This document shows positions 1 through 11,042 of a stretch of DNA of 64,000 bases, in pieces. The notes below the pieces were generated by a model. That model saw only the letters and a list, made by a program, of their open reading frames with translations. It did not search any database and was not told the DNA's origin. Source of the stretch: an uncultured Acidobacteriota bacterium (GTDB lineage: Bacteria > Acidobacteriota > Thermoanaerobaculia > Multivoradales > UBA5704); the NCBI GenBank assembly GCA_963700145.1, contig OY969474.1, positions 4,256,001 through 4,320,000 of the forward strand. Direction: 5' to 3'. Positions within the stretch are counted from its first letter, which is position 1. Every line of letters starts with the position of its first letter. The position numbers and the translations under genes are program-made.

Positions 1-1069
1 GCAGACGAAGAGCGGCTTCGCCGAGGTGGTGACGCCGCAGATCCTCGACGTCGACCTCTGGCACACCTCGGGCCACTGGGACCACTACCGCGACGCGATG
101 TTCTTCTCGACCGTCGACGAGCGCGAGTTCGCGGTCAAGCCGATGAACTGCCCGGGCCACTGCCTGGTCTACAAGACGGCGCTGCGCTCCTACCGCGACC
201 TGCCGATCCGCTACGCCGACTTCGGCCGGCTCCACCGCTACGAGAAGAGCGGCGTCACCTCGGGCCTGACGCGGGTGCGCTCGTTCGCCCAGGACGACTC
301 GCACAGCTTCGTCCTGCCCGAGCAGATCGCCGGCGAGGTGCAGCTGCTCATCCGCATGATCTTGGAGCTCTACGCGCTCTTCGCCTTCGACGACGTGCGC
401 ATCGAGCTCTCGACCCGCCCCGAGCAGCGGCTCGGCGACGACGCCACCTGGGACCGCGCCGAGCAGGCGCTGGCCGACGCGCTCGAAGCCTCCGGCATGG
501 CCTACGAGGTAAACCACGGCGAGGGCAACTTCTACGGCCCGAAGATCGACTTCCACGTCCGCGACGTCCTCGGCCGCTCCTGGCAGCTCGGCACGGTGCA
601 GCTCGACTACCAGATGCCGGAGCGCTTCGGCCTCGCCTACGTCGGGCCCGACGGCGCCGAGCACCGGCCGGTGATGATCCACAGCGCCAAGTACGGCTCG
701 ATCGAGCGCTTCCTGGGGATCCTCATCGAGCACACCGGCGGCGCCTTCCCGCCCTGGCTGGCGCCGGTGCAGGCGGTAGTCATCCCGGTGTCGGAGAAGT
801 TCGCGGACTACGGCGAGGAGGTGCGGGCGGCGCTCGCCCAGGGCGGCGCCCGCGTCGAGCTCGACGCCGGCAACGAGAAGGTGGGCTACAAGATCCGCCA
901 GGCGCAGGTGCGCAAGGTGCCGTACATGCTGGTGGTGGGCGGGCGCGAGCAGGAAGGACGGACGGTGGCGGTGCGGCTGCGCTCGGGCGAGGACCTGGGC
1001 GCCATGCCGCTGCCGGACTTCGCGGCGCGGCTCGCCGAGCGCGCCGCGGCCCTCAGCACGGAGCCCTAG
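1..1069 (+). CDS. thrS: threonyl-tRNA synthetase (5'-truncated by window edge)
   Basis: Motifs SGHWDHY, KPMNCPGH, RYEKSG, FYGPKID and the anticodon domain KIRQAQVRKVPY; frame is open to the window start. Confidence 0.98.
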   Translation, partial: QTKSGFAEVVTPQILDVDLWHTSGHWDHYRDAMFFSTVDEREFAVKPMNCPGHCLVYKTALRSYRDLPIRYADFGRLHRYEKSGVTSGLTRVRSFAQDDSHSFVLPEQIAGEVQLLIRMILELYALFAFDDVRIELSTRPEQRLGDDATWDRAEQALADALEASGMAYEVNHGEGNFYGPKIDFHVRDVLGRSWQLGTVQLDYQMPERFGLAYVGPDGAEHRPVMIHSAKYGSIERFLGILIEHTGGAFPPWLAPVQAVVIPVSEKFADYGEEVRAALAQGGARVELDAGNEKVGYKIRQAQVRKVPYMLVVGGREQEGRTVAVRLRSGEDLGAMPLPDFAARLAERAAALSTEP

Positions 1070-1127
1070 GGGCCCCGTCGCGCCGGGCGCATGCCGCGTC
1101 CGGCGCACTTTTCAAGGAGGTGTGCTG

Positions 1128-1748
1128 ATCATCGACAAAGCGACCAGAGTCAACGACCGCATCCGGGTCAAGGAGGTGCGGTTGATCGAGGCCGACGGCT
1201 CGCAGGCCGGCATCGTGCCGATCGAGGACGCCTTGCGCCGCGCCCAGGAGCAGGTGCTCGACCTGGTGGAGGTGGCGCCGGCCGCCAAGCCGCCGGTCTG
1301 CCGCATCATGGACTTCGGCAAGTTCCTCTACCAACAGAAGAAGAAGGCCCACGACTCGCGCAAGAAGCAGAAGACGATCCAGGTCAAGGAGGTCAAGTTC
1401 CGGCCCAACATCGACGATCACGACTACGGCTTCAAGCTCAAGAACGTGATCCGCTTCCTCGGGGACGGCGACAAGGTCAAGGCGACCGTCCAGTTCCGGG
1501 GGCGCGAAATGGCGCGGACCGACCTCGGCCACAAGCTGCTGGCGCGGGTGGCGCAGGACGTCGGCGAGCGGGGAGTGGTAGAATCCAGTCCCGAGATGGC
1601 CGGCAACCGGATGCACGTCATCCTGGGGCCGCCCCGGCACGGCATCAAGAAAGCCACCCCCTGTGGGCAAGGAGCGGGCCCATGCCCAAGCAGAAGACCC
1701 ACAAAGGGGCCGCCAAGCGCTTCAAGGTCACGGCGGGCGGGAAGGTGA
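1128..1748 (+). CDS. infC: translation initiation factor IF-3, probable ATC start; 3' end may be extended by an indel
   Basis: [51 protein letters not shown]; SD AAGGAGG at 1114-1120; lies between thrS and rpmI. Confidence 0.95.
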   Translation: MIDKATRVNDRIRVKEVRLIEADGSQAGIVPIEDALRRAQEQVLDLVEVAPAAKPPVCRIMDFGKFLYQQKKKAHDSRKKQKTIQVKEVKFRPNIDDHDYGFKLKNVIRFLGDGDKVKATVQFRGREMARTDLGHKLLARVAQDVGERGVVESSPEMAGNRMHVILGPPRHGIKKATPCGQGAGPCPSRRPTKGPPSASRSRRAGR

Positions 1749-1876
1749 TGCGGCATCACGCGTTGCACGGTCACTTCCTGACCAAGAAGACCACGAAGCG
1801 GAAGCGGAACCTGCGCAAGGCGACGACCGTGTCGGACGCCTTCGCCTCGACGATCAAGGAGATGCTGCACTCGTAG
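1682..1876 (+). CDS. rpmI: 50S ribosomal protein L35
   Basis: [21 protein letters not shown]..., 64 aa, SD AAGGAG upstream. Confidence 0.96.
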   Translation: MPKQKTHKGAAKRFKVTAGGKVMRHHALHGHFLTKKTTKRKRNLRKATTVSDAFASTIKEMLHS

Positions 1877-1982
1877 CGGCATCCCACCACCAACCGGGCC
1901 GCCGCTGGGACGAACCTGTCCACCGGGGCCGAGCGCGCCGCCCGCAAGGGCAGCGCCCAACCAACGAACGAGGTTCGCCGAC

Positions 1983-2373
1983 ATGCGTGTCAAGCGCGGC
2001 AACGTCCGCAAAGAACGCCGCAAGAAGATCCTCAAGGCCGCCAAGGGCTATTGGGGCACCAAGTCCAAGGCCCACCGCATGGCCAAGCAGGCGGTGGACA
2101 AGGCCCTCGGCTACGCCTACCGCGACCGGCGGCAGAAGAAGCGCCAGCTCCGCAGCCTGTGGATCGTGCGCATCAACGCCGCCGCCCGCCTCCACGGGCT
2201 CTCCTACAGCCGGCTGATGGCCGGGCTCAAGGCCGCCGGCAACGAGCTGGACCGCAAGGTCCTCGCCGACATCGCGGTGCGCGACCCGCAGGCCTTCGGC
2301 TTGATCGCCGAGGCCGCCAAGCAGGCGCTGCCGGCGGCGCAGCCCGACCGAGCCCCGCCCCGCGGAGGCCTGA
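1983..2373 (+). CDS. rplT: 50S ribosomal protein L20; likely stop is TGA 2371-2373, one base out of frame (ORF track reads through to 2636)
   Basis: MRVKRG...[26 protein letters not shown]...[11 protein letters not shown]. Confidence 0.95.
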
Positions 2374-2374
2374 G

Positions 2375-3421
2375 TTGGCGGTCGAGCCGCGCGCCAGCGC
2401 GGCCGACCTCGCCGAGCTCTCCGCCCGGTTCGAGCGCGAGGCCGACGCGGTCGCCGAGCGCGCCGCCTGGGAGGAGCTGCGCCTGCGCTGGGCGGGGCGC
2501 AAGCAGGGGCTCGTGCGCTCGCTCCTCGCCCGGTTGGGCGAGGTGCCGGCCGACGAGCGCCGCGACTTCGGCCAGGCGGTCAACACGCTCAAGGAGCGGG
2601 TCGAGGAGCGCCTCGCCGAGCTCGACGAGCGCCTGACCGCCGGCGAGCGCGAGGCGGCGCGCCGGGCGGCGGCGATCGACTTGACCCTGCCGGGCCGCCG
2701 GCCGGCCCTCGGCAGCCTCCACCCGGTGACCCGCGTGCAGCGCGAGATCGAGGCGATCTTCGCCGAGCTCGGCTACAGCGTCGCCGAAGGGCCGGAGGTC
2801 GAGGACGACTTCCACAACTTCGAGGCCCTCAACTTCCCGCCCGACCACCCGGCGCGCGACACGCAGGACACGTTCTTCCTGAAGAGCGGCCTGCTCCTGC
2901 GCACCCACACCTCGCCGGTGCAGATCCGCACCATGCTCTCGCGCAAGCCGCCGATCCGCGTCATCTGCCCGGGCCGCGTCTACCGCGCCGACAACGACCT
3001 CCGCCACTCGCCGATGTTCCACCAGGTCGAGGGGCTGGCGGTGGGGGAGGGGATCACCTTCGGGCACCTGAAGGGCACGCTCGAGGCGTTCGTGAAGCGC
3101 CTCTTCACGGCCGACACCGGCGTCCGCCTGCGCCCCAGCTTCTTCCCCTTCACCGAGCCGTCGGCGGAGGTGGACATCACCTGCCCCTTCTGCCGCGGCG
3201 GCGGCTGCGACACCTGCTCGCGGACCGGCTGGATGGAGATCCTGGGCTCCGGCATGGTGGACCCGCGCGTCCTCGCCAACTGCGACATCGACCCCGAGGT
3301 CTACACCGGCTTCGCCTTCGGCCTGGGTCTCGACCGCGTGGCGATGATCCGCTACGGCATCCCCAACATCCGGGTGCTGTTCGAGAACGACGAGCGCCTC
3401 CTGAGACAGGTCCGCGCCTGA
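2375..3421 (+). CDS. pheS: phenylalanyl-tRNA synthetase alpha subunit (TTG start)
   Basis: [52 protein letters not shown]; GGAGG upstream of TTG 2375. Confidence 0.96.
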   Translation: MAVEPRASAADLAELSARFEREADAVAERAAWEELRLRWAGRKQGLVRSLLARLGEVPADERRDFGQAVNTLKERVEERLAELDERLTAGEREAARRAAAIDLTLPGRRPALGSLHPVTRVQREIEAIFAELGYSVAEGPEVEDDFHNFEALNFPPDHPARDTQDTFFLKSGLLLRTHTSPVQIRTMLSRKPPIRVICPGRVYRADNDLRHSPMFHQVEGLAVGEGITFGHLKGTLEAFVKRLFTADTGVRLRPSFFPFTEPSAEVDITCPFCRGGGCDTCSRTGWMEILGSGMVDPRVLANCDIDPEVYTGFAFGLGLDRVAMIRYGIPNIRVLFENDERLLRQVRA

Positions 3422-5510
3422 TGCTCTTCTCGCGCGAGTGGCTCTCGGAGTACGTCGAGATCCCCGCCGGCGAGGAGGGGGCGCGCGAGCTGGCGCGGCG
3501 GCTGACCGGCGCGGGACTGGCCGTCGAACAGCTCGCGGCCCGCGACGGCGACCTCCTCTTCGACGTCGACGTCACCACCAACCGGGTGGACTGCATGTGC
3601 CACTTCGGCTTGGCGCGCGAGGTGGCGGTGGCGCTCGACGAGCCGCTGCGGCGGCCACCGGCGGCGCCCGAGGAGTCGCCGGAGCCGGTCGCGGAGCTGG
3701 CGGCGCTCGAGCTCGAAGACCCCGAGGGGTGCCCGCGCTACGCCGCGCGCGTCGTGCGCGGCGTCGCCGTCGGGCCGAGCCCGGCGTGGCTGCGCCGGCG
3801 GCTCGAGGCGATCGGCCAGCGCTCGATCAACAACGTCGTGGACGTCACCAACTACGTCCTCTGGGAGCTGGGCCAGCCGCTCCACGCCTTCGACCTCGCC
3901 CGCCTCGCCGGCCGCCGCATCGTCGTCCGCCGCGCCCGCCGCGGCGAGCGGCTGACGACCCTCGACGGCGTCGCGCGCGCCCTCGACCCCGAGGTGCTGG
4001 TCATCGCCGACGCCGAGCGGCCGGTGGCGCTGGCCGGCGTCATGGGCGGCGCCGACAGCGAGGTCACCGACGCGACCGCCGACCTGCTCATCGAGAGCGC
4101 CCACTTCGACCGCCGGCGGGTGCGCGCCGCGAGCCGCCGCTTCGGCCTCCACACCGACGCCAGCCACCGCTTCGAGCGCGGCAGCGACCCCGAGGGGTGC
4201 CTGGACGCCGCCACCCGCGCCGCGGCGCTGATCGCCGAGGTCGCCGGCGGCGTCGTCGCCCACGGCGCCCTCGACGTGCGCTGGGCCGAGGCGCCGAGCT
4301 GGACGCCGCGAGGCTTCCTCGATCTCGCCCGCCTCCACGCCTTCGCCGGCGCCCAGGTGCCGCGCTCCGACGTCAAGCGCTGGCTCAGCGGCCTGGGCTT
4401 CCGCCTGCGCGCCCTCGACGACACGGTCTGGGAGGTCACCATCCCCTCCTGGCGCTACTTCGACATGGAACCGCACAAGGCCGAGGAGGGGAAGGAGCGA
4501 AGGTCTTCCCCGCCGACCTCTACGAAGAGGTCCTCCGCCACTACGGCTACGACCGCATCCCCTCGGACCTGCCGGCCGTCGGCGGACCGGACGCGCCGGC
4601 CCCGCCGGAGGCGGCGCGCCGCCGGCGCCTGCGCGACCACTTGGCCGCCTGCGGCTTCGCCGAGGCGATCAACCTCGCCTTCATCGACCCGCGCGAGGAC
4701 GCGGCCTTCCCCAGCCTGCGCCCCGCCGCGCCGGCGCTGGAGCTGGCGAACCCGCTCTCGGAGCGCCTGGCGCTGCTCCGACGGTCGCTGCTGCCGGGGC
4801 TCGTCGAGAGCGCCCGCTTCAACCAGCGGCGCGGGGCGCCGTCGGTCCAGCTCTTCGAGGTCGGCCGGGTCTTCTTCCCGCCCTCGGGCAACCGCGTCGA
4901 GCCGGCGCTGCCCGACGAGCCGGAGATGGTGGCCCTGGTCTGCGGCGGCCGCCGCGGCACCGCCTGGGACCGCGCCCGCGACCTCGACCTCTTCGACCTC
5001 AAGGGCGCGGTCGAGGGGCTGGCGGACCTCGCCGGCGGGCGCCTGGAGGCGCGGCCGGCCGACCTGCCGGGCTTGGCGCGCGGCGTCGCGGCCGAGCTCG
5101 TGCTGCGCGGCGAGGTCGTCGGCTTCCTGGGGCAGGTGGCGGCGGAGGAGGCGTATCCCCTCTACGTCGCCGAGCTGGCCGTCGAGCCGCTGGTGGCCGG
5201 CGAGGCGCCGCTCGCGGTCGCCCCCCCCTCGCGCTTCCCCGGCATCGCCGCCGACTTCACCCTCACCCACCCGCTCACCGTCACCTGGGCCGAGCTGGAG
5301 CGGGCGATCGGCCGCGCCGCGCCGCCCGATCTCGCCGCCTTCCAGCTCAAGGACCGCTACCGCGGCCCCGGCGTCCCGGAAGGCGCCGTCAACACGACGA
5401 TCACCTTCCTCTACAACGCCCGCGACCGGTCCCTCACCCAGGACGAAGTCAACGAGCGCCAGGCGGCCCTGACCGCCGAGCTGGAGCGGCGCTTCGGCTG
5501 GCGGGGGTAG
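3421..5510 (+). CDS. pheT: phenylalanyl-tRNA synthetase beta subunit, frameshift near 4490-4500
   Basis: N-half (DVTTNRVDC, INNVVDVTNYV, ASHRFERG) in one frame; C-half (DLYEEVLRHYGYD, LANPLSE, RSLTQDEVN) in another. Confidence 0.95.
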
Positions 5511-5569
5511 GCCCGGCGCTTGCAGACAGGGGCTTCGCCCAAGTAAACCGGCGTTTGACTGGAGACTCC

Positions 5570-6139
5570 ATGGAAGACCTCAAGCCGAGATCGGGACACT
5601 TTCACGCTGTCCGCTTCTACGAGAACGAGGACGAGCTCTGCCGCATCGTCGCCGACTTCCTGAGCGGCGGGCTGGCGGCCGGCCAGCCGGCCATCGTCGT
5701 CGCCACCCCCAAGCACCGGGACGGGATCGCGAAGCGCTTCGACGAGATCGGCCTCGACATCGCCGAGCTGCAGCGCAGCGGCGACCTCGTGCTGCGCGAC
5801 GCGCGCGAGATGCTGGCCTTCTTCATGGTCGCCGGCGTGCCCGACTCCGCGCGCTTCAACACCGCGATGTCGCGCCTCATCCAGCAGGCCTGCCGCGGCC
5901 GGGCCGCCTCCCCGGTCAACGTCTACGGCGAGATGGTGGACGTCCTGTGGAAGGACGGCAACCAGGAGGGCGCCATGCGCCTCGAGCTGCTCTGGAACCA
6001 GCTCGCCGGCACCCACGACTTCTCCCTCCTCTGCGGCTACGCCCTAGGAAGCTTCTACAAAGGCGCCAGCCGCGACGAGATCTGCAGCCAGCACAGCCAC
6101 GTGCTGTCGGATGCCGGCGTTGCCGCGGCCGTGAACTGA
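5570..6139 (+). CDS. stand-alone MEDS (DcmR-like sensory) domain protein
   Basis: HAVRFYENEDEL, YGEMVDVLW, AMRLELLWN, FSLLCGY, ICSQHSHV. Confidence 0.85.
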   Translation: MEDLKPRSGHFHAVRFYENEDELCRIVADFLSGGLAAGQPAIVVATPKHRDGIAKRFDEIGLDIAELQRSGDLVLRDAREMLAFFMVAGVPDSARFNTAMSRLIQQACRGRAASPVNVYGEMVDVLWKDGNQEGAMRLELLWNQLAGTHDFSLLCGYALGSFYKGASRDEICSQHSHVLSDAGVAAAVN

Positions 6140-6464
6140 CGCCTAGGCCGCCGGCGACGGTACCCCCTGACCCGCATCTAAGACGGCGGAAGCGATCCGC
6201 TCACGCCTGGCTAGGCTCGCCTCAGGCGAGCGGCTCTCGCGCTGGTTGATCGCCCTCGTCCGCGACCTCTACGTGGCGCTCGGCTGCAGCGCGCGGATGG
6301 GGCTCGCCGTCGGCACCGGCGTGCGGCTCGTCTTCGTGGTCCTGGGCATCCCCACCGTCCTGATGGGCGGGACTGCTGCGCCGCCGCCACCTCTCTTCGG
6401 CCCAGTCAGCCCAAACCGGACGCAGCCAACCGAGCAAACCAAGCAAAAAAGGGTAACAATATAC

Positions 6465-6500
6465 TTGACTCAGGAGCCGGAAGGGGGTAGAGTCCCTTCA
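6465..6500 (+). promoter_or_regulatory. sigma70-type promoter of the transposase, probably leaderless
   Basis: TTGACT (6465-6470), 17 nt, TAGAGT (6488-6493), ATG at 6500; no SD in between. Confidence 0.6.
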
Positions 6501-7447
6501 TGGACGCCCCGCTCCCCCTCCCCCGGACCCTCCTAGAAGCCATCCGCTTCTACGCCGACCCCGACGTGGCGCTCGCCACGATGGTACGCCAGCGCTGGCC
6601 GAATGGCGTCACCTGCCCGACGTGCGGCAGCCCGGAGGTTCGTTTCCTGGCAACGCGCCGGCTGTGGGAGTGCAAGTTCAAGCACCCCCGCAAGCAATTC
6701 TCGGTCAAGGTTGGAACGATTTTCGAGGACTCCCCGCTCGGGCTGGACAAATGGCTGCCGGCGGTTTGGCTGATCGCCAACGCGAAAAACGGGATTAGCT
6801 CGCATGAGCTAGGCCGCGCGCTCGGCGTCACTCAGAAATCGGCGTGGTTTATGTTGCACAGAATCCGCACGGCAATGCAGGCCGGCAGCTTCGCCAAGCT
6901 CTCGGGCGAGGTTGAAGTGGACGAAACCTTTATCGGCGGTCGCGCTCGTTTCATGCACAAGAAGGAGCGCGCTCGGAAGATCAAGGGTCGCGGGCCGATG
7001 GGAAAGACGGCGGTAATGGGGCTCCTAGAGCGCCACGGCGAGGACGGCCATAGCCGCGTCCGTACCCGCGTCGTCCCCAACGTCAAGCGCAAGACCCTCG
7101 CCCCCGAAGTGCGGCAGCACGTCGAGCCGGGATCGGAAGTCTTTACGGATGCTCTGCGCTCCTACGGCGAGCTGGCGAATGACTACTGCCACCAGGTCAT
7201 TGACCACGCCGAATGCTACGCGAAGGGGCGGATTCATACCAACGGCCTAGAGAATTTCTGGAGCCTGCTCAAGCGGTCTATCAAGGGGACTTACGTGAGC
7301 GTCGAGCCGTTCCACCTGTTTCGTTACTTGGATGAGCAGACTTTCCGCTACAACCGGCGGAAGGTGGAAGACGTGGACCGCTTCCGCGACGTGCTTGCTA
7401 CCGTCGTCGGGCGGCGGTTGACCTATGCGGAGTTGACCTCAGCATAA
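6500..7447 (+). mobile_element. IS1595-family (ISXO2-like) DDE transposase
   Basis: N-terminal zinc ribbon CPTC...C, GTIFEDS, VEVDETFIGG, VFTD, HTNGLENFWSLLKR, YLDEQTFRYN. Confidence 0.93.
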
Positions 7448-7466
7448 AGGAAAGAGGGGGAGCCGC

Positions 7467-7660
7467 ATGAAGGCGAAAAAGGTAGAGCCGCCAGCGGACG
7501 ATCCGAGGAATCCGCGTCAGTCGGCGAGTGCTCTGGCGAAGTTCCGCCAGAGCATGCGCGCTTTCGAGTCCCTGACGCGGCGCCTGCTCGCCGTACCGAA
7601 GACGGAGGTTGTGGCGCTCTTGCAGAAACAGCGGAGCAAACTGCGCACACGATCCAAAGT
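7467..7660 (+). CDS. small basic ORF immediately after the transposase; end uncertain
   Basis: SD-like GAGGGGGAG upstream; FESLTRRLLAVPKTEV resembles short ORFs that follow IS1595 transposases. Confidence 0.4.
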
Positions 7661-8361
7661 GGGCGCGAGTGTCTCGGTAGTCTGGTTAGAGAATACGGGT
7701 CGCGGTAGTTTCGCAGGGCGGGGGTGCGCGCGCCCGTCTGCGCGTCAAACAGGCGAAGGTCATAGTTCACGAGACGCGTCTGCAAATGAAGCGTGCTGGA
7801 AGCCTCTGGACGGAGTTGCTGGGGTGGCAATCAGTTTAGTTCTGTCGCGTCGCACCATCTTTCATCGATGCCGTCATTGGAAGGTGTACAAATCAATCAA
7901 ACAACCGGAGCGTTGGAGTCGCTGTTTTGGGATCGCCTTTCAGGGTGGTCAATCGCGCCGCGGTTCGTGGCTGAACAGCGGGCATGCCTAAGCTCGATGC
8001 AAGCACGCGTGAGCACGCCTTGTGAAGGCGAAAATGCAAAGCTTCTGACAAATGGGCCACTCGTCGTCACGATCGCCGTCCACAGAGTCGCGGCCTGGCT
8101 AGGTGAACAAGCTCTTACAGCTCGAGGTCAGGCCGGCGAGAGTGAAAAGTAGTGAAAGAACGCCTCGCCCAGCGCCCTCCCTGAGGCCAGGATCAAACCG
8201 ATCCTCAACCTCGCGCGCCAGGTGAGCTCCTCCACCTCGGCACAACGACAGACGCGAGACCCGCACGGCTTTCGACGATCTGCAACAGCTCAGTTCGCCG
8301 AACGATGAAGACCTGGATCAGGCAGTCGGGACGAAGAGTACGTGGTAAATGGGACATTCAT
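7650..8361 (-). pseudogene. heavily frameshifted putative PIN-like partner of the IrrE gene
   Basis: Hand-stitched fragments DCLIQVFIVRRTELLQIVES...VVP/EVEEL...EDRFDPGL; directly downstream of Xre-IrrE. Confidence 0.3.
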
Positions 8362-8367
8362 TCTGCC

Positions 8368-9538
8368 TCAGCAAGTAGGCGATGCCACGCCGCTGACAAA
8401 AAGGTCTTCACTAATCATGAGTAGGTGTGCGGCCCGGCCGAGACCGACAAGGTTTCTTACAGGCGTGAACAACCTCTTGGACGTAGTGGACGGTAGCAAA
8501 ATTGGCGTGTCGGGATGGTCGTTGTTCGCTTTCTCTTCCACGGCTCGGAGACTTCCTTTTCCATCTTTGCAGGTATTCGCGTCGAGAGGGCGCGGCCGTC
8601 CGGCCTGAGTCAGCCGCGATATCCAACGCCAGGAGATTCGGCTCGGCGCTCTTTTCCATAGGCGAGACTCAATCGCTCCCCAACAATGATCTTGGATCAA
8701 TTGAATTTCGGGAACAGCAGCGCGAATTGGCTGCTAGACATTGGGGAGTTTCAAGAGACGCGTGCTTCCGAGTGGCGTGCGCGAGCACTGTTTCGGAGCT
8801 GCCGCCTCTTGGGCGAACGCTTCCGCGCGCCTTTCCGACAAGTCGTCGTTCTTTCGGTGTTGAAGTATCGAGCGTTGCACGGTCAGAATCTAGATTGAAA
8901 ATCAGGTGCGCCAACTGGTGGAGTATGATTGCATTGGCGCCAACCAGTTGTGCTGCTATTGTTGGCAAGATGGCGGCGGTGCGAGGTGCCGACAGCAATG
9001 CGCAGCCAGAGCATCTTGGGACTGGGGATGGCGGTTCAACAATTCGAGCAGACCCTTGTTGCGAAGCACCCTTCGAGGTATGGTGCCGATTCGAAGAAGA
9101 CCGTAGTTCAGCTGCATCGGCTACGGATACCCTGGTGGCCACGCCCCCGTGCTCGCGCGGGAGACGCCTGCCGGTCGACTTCGCTCCTGATCCGTCGAAG
9201 AGCATTCTCCAACTGGAGGTCTCCTGAGAGCGATGCTCCGAGCTCTCATAAAAAGTGCCGAGCTGGCGATTAGCAGAACGAGCTCGCGATCGACAGGGCC
9301 GAAGCCGGGGCCGCGCAGCTCAACCAGACGGCCGGTGTAGGATCTTGTCGTCATCGGCTGCTAGGGGGTTAAATAGGTCGTCGGCGTTCACGCCCAGGAC
9401 AGAGGCAATGTGGGCTGCAGCAGAAGGGGGGAACGGCTGCTGTTCAGCCGCCCATTCTTGAGAGCAGGCGCGGCTGTAGCCGAGCAGCCCGGCGCAGGTC
9501 GGGATGTCGAGTTCGCTGACCTTGAGGTAAGGGTTCAT
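8368..9538 (-). pseudogene. Xre-HTH + ImmA/IrrE (peptidase M78) fusion, multiple frameshifts
   Basis: HTH-like N-terminus (CAGLLGYS..EWAAEQQP..HIASVLGVNADDLF); NAIILHQLAHLIF with HQLAH at 8906-8920; ERRAEAFAQE at ~8806-8838; C-terminal LGRAAHLLMIS. Confidence 0.65.
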
Positions 9539-9776
9539 CGGCAGTCGGTCCTCCGGTAAAGGGAACCCCGGCCCCGCCCAGGCTGGGCACTCTTCGCCCA
9601 GCCAGGAGCCCCGGAGAACTCTTCCCAAGGTAGATACGGTGCGCGGCCCCCTTCGTTTGGGGACACCGCTGCAACTCCATTGCCGACCAGGGGTTGAGAA
9701 GCGTGTGTCCCCGTTCGCCGTGCTGCCATTTTGTTCCTGTTGTTCGTCCGTCCACCGAGTTACCCGCCAATTCCGC

Positions 9777-9795
9777 TACTTCTGTAACAGAAGTA
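9777..9795. promoter_or_regulatory. perfect 19-bp inverted repeat, candidate operator
   Basis: TACTTCTGT-A-ACAGAAGTA, ~240 bp upstream of the Xre-IrrE gene. Confidence 0.5.
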
Positions 9796-11042
9796 TAGCG
9801 CCTGCCTCTCCATAGGACGAACGCGCGGGAGAGTTAATGGCTGCGCTGGCGGCGAGAATTTTTTTTTCTCGAATCCTCGATCTTGAAGAGTTCGAAGGGC
9901 CCGCCGAACGGCGTCGGCCTTCGAGCATCGTGCTCGCGGGTCAGCTCTTCAACGGCTCCAGTCATCGGGACGCAGGTAGATCGTCAGCCGGTGCAGCCCG
10001 TGGCCGGTTGTTGCGGCCCGGCCTTCCGCCTTCCGCGTTCGCCGCCATGCCGGGAGGATACAGAGACCCCCGACGCGGACGAGTCAGAGTGAGGTAGTGT
10101 GAGGCGCAGGAGGAACCTGCCATGCCTATCGATCCGCTGCCGCCGAGCAGCCCGAGCCCACAGAGCCCGCGCAGACGACCGGCGAGAACGAATGCGAGCC
10201 GGCGCGGCCTATGGGCCACATTCCAGAGCCCAAGCCGCGACGCACTACGACGAGCCCGTGAGCTCTCGGCGAGCTGACGGCCGAAGGCGCCGCGCGCATC
10301 GCCGCTGCCACGGCAGAAATTCACGACCTGATGGCCGGACTCAACTCTCTGGCGGCCCGCGTCGAGCGGCGACGATCCAGCTGGCAGCGGTGTGAGCGCA
10401 CCTCGCGGGACATACCGCGGGACATTCCGAAGTGGACCGGGAGACGTGTTCAGCCTGCGGGCGAGCTGCGAGGCGGAGCATTCGAGACGGACCGGAAGCC
10501 TTCGGCCAGTTGGACCTGGACAGGGCTTGCGGGAGGGACTGAAGCGGCGGCAACGCTGGCGTCCGACCAAGGACGCCAGCACCGTTCAACGCGTGGAAGC
10601 GGCGGAAGGAAGCCGACCAGGGAGATCTGCCAGTGCCGATGTTCAAGGCGGTCCGCGCTCGGGCCGGCGAAGCTGGTAGCGCCAGCGCGGAAGCGGACGA
10701 AGGGGAAGGCAAGGCGAAGGCGCTAGAGACTCTGCGCGACGGCTATGCGCCGTTCTGCCTGGCTTCTGGCGCTCGGCGTGGTGCTGCTCTTCCGGCGGTT
10801 CAAGGGCGCCACACATGATGCGGTACTTCGCAGGGCTGGACTCACCGCATGGGATCTGCTGGACGGCGAGACGGACCATCGCGGGCCAGCGGTCCTTCGA
10901 GTTAAGACCCGCAGGAGGAAACCGAGCGGCTGATGCGCTGGAAACAATGATGGACATGACGACGCGAGCGATCGACCGAAATCACCATCGGCGCAACGGT
11001 TTTGGGCTAGCCAGGGACGAACTGCTCCGACCGCCGGCCAGC

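Noticed and set aside
4480-4510. Programmed frameshift in pheT
   Set aside because: No clear slippery heptamer with a stimulator, and indels are widespread, so sequencing error is the simpler explanation.
6440-11000. Terminal inverted repeats of the IS1595 element
   Set aside because: I could not find a right-end match to the AT-rich segment upstream of the transposase, so element limits are not called.
10100-11040. Possible frameshifted gene on the + strand
   Set aside because: Has an SD and ATG near 10122 but no recognisable motif could be stitched together.
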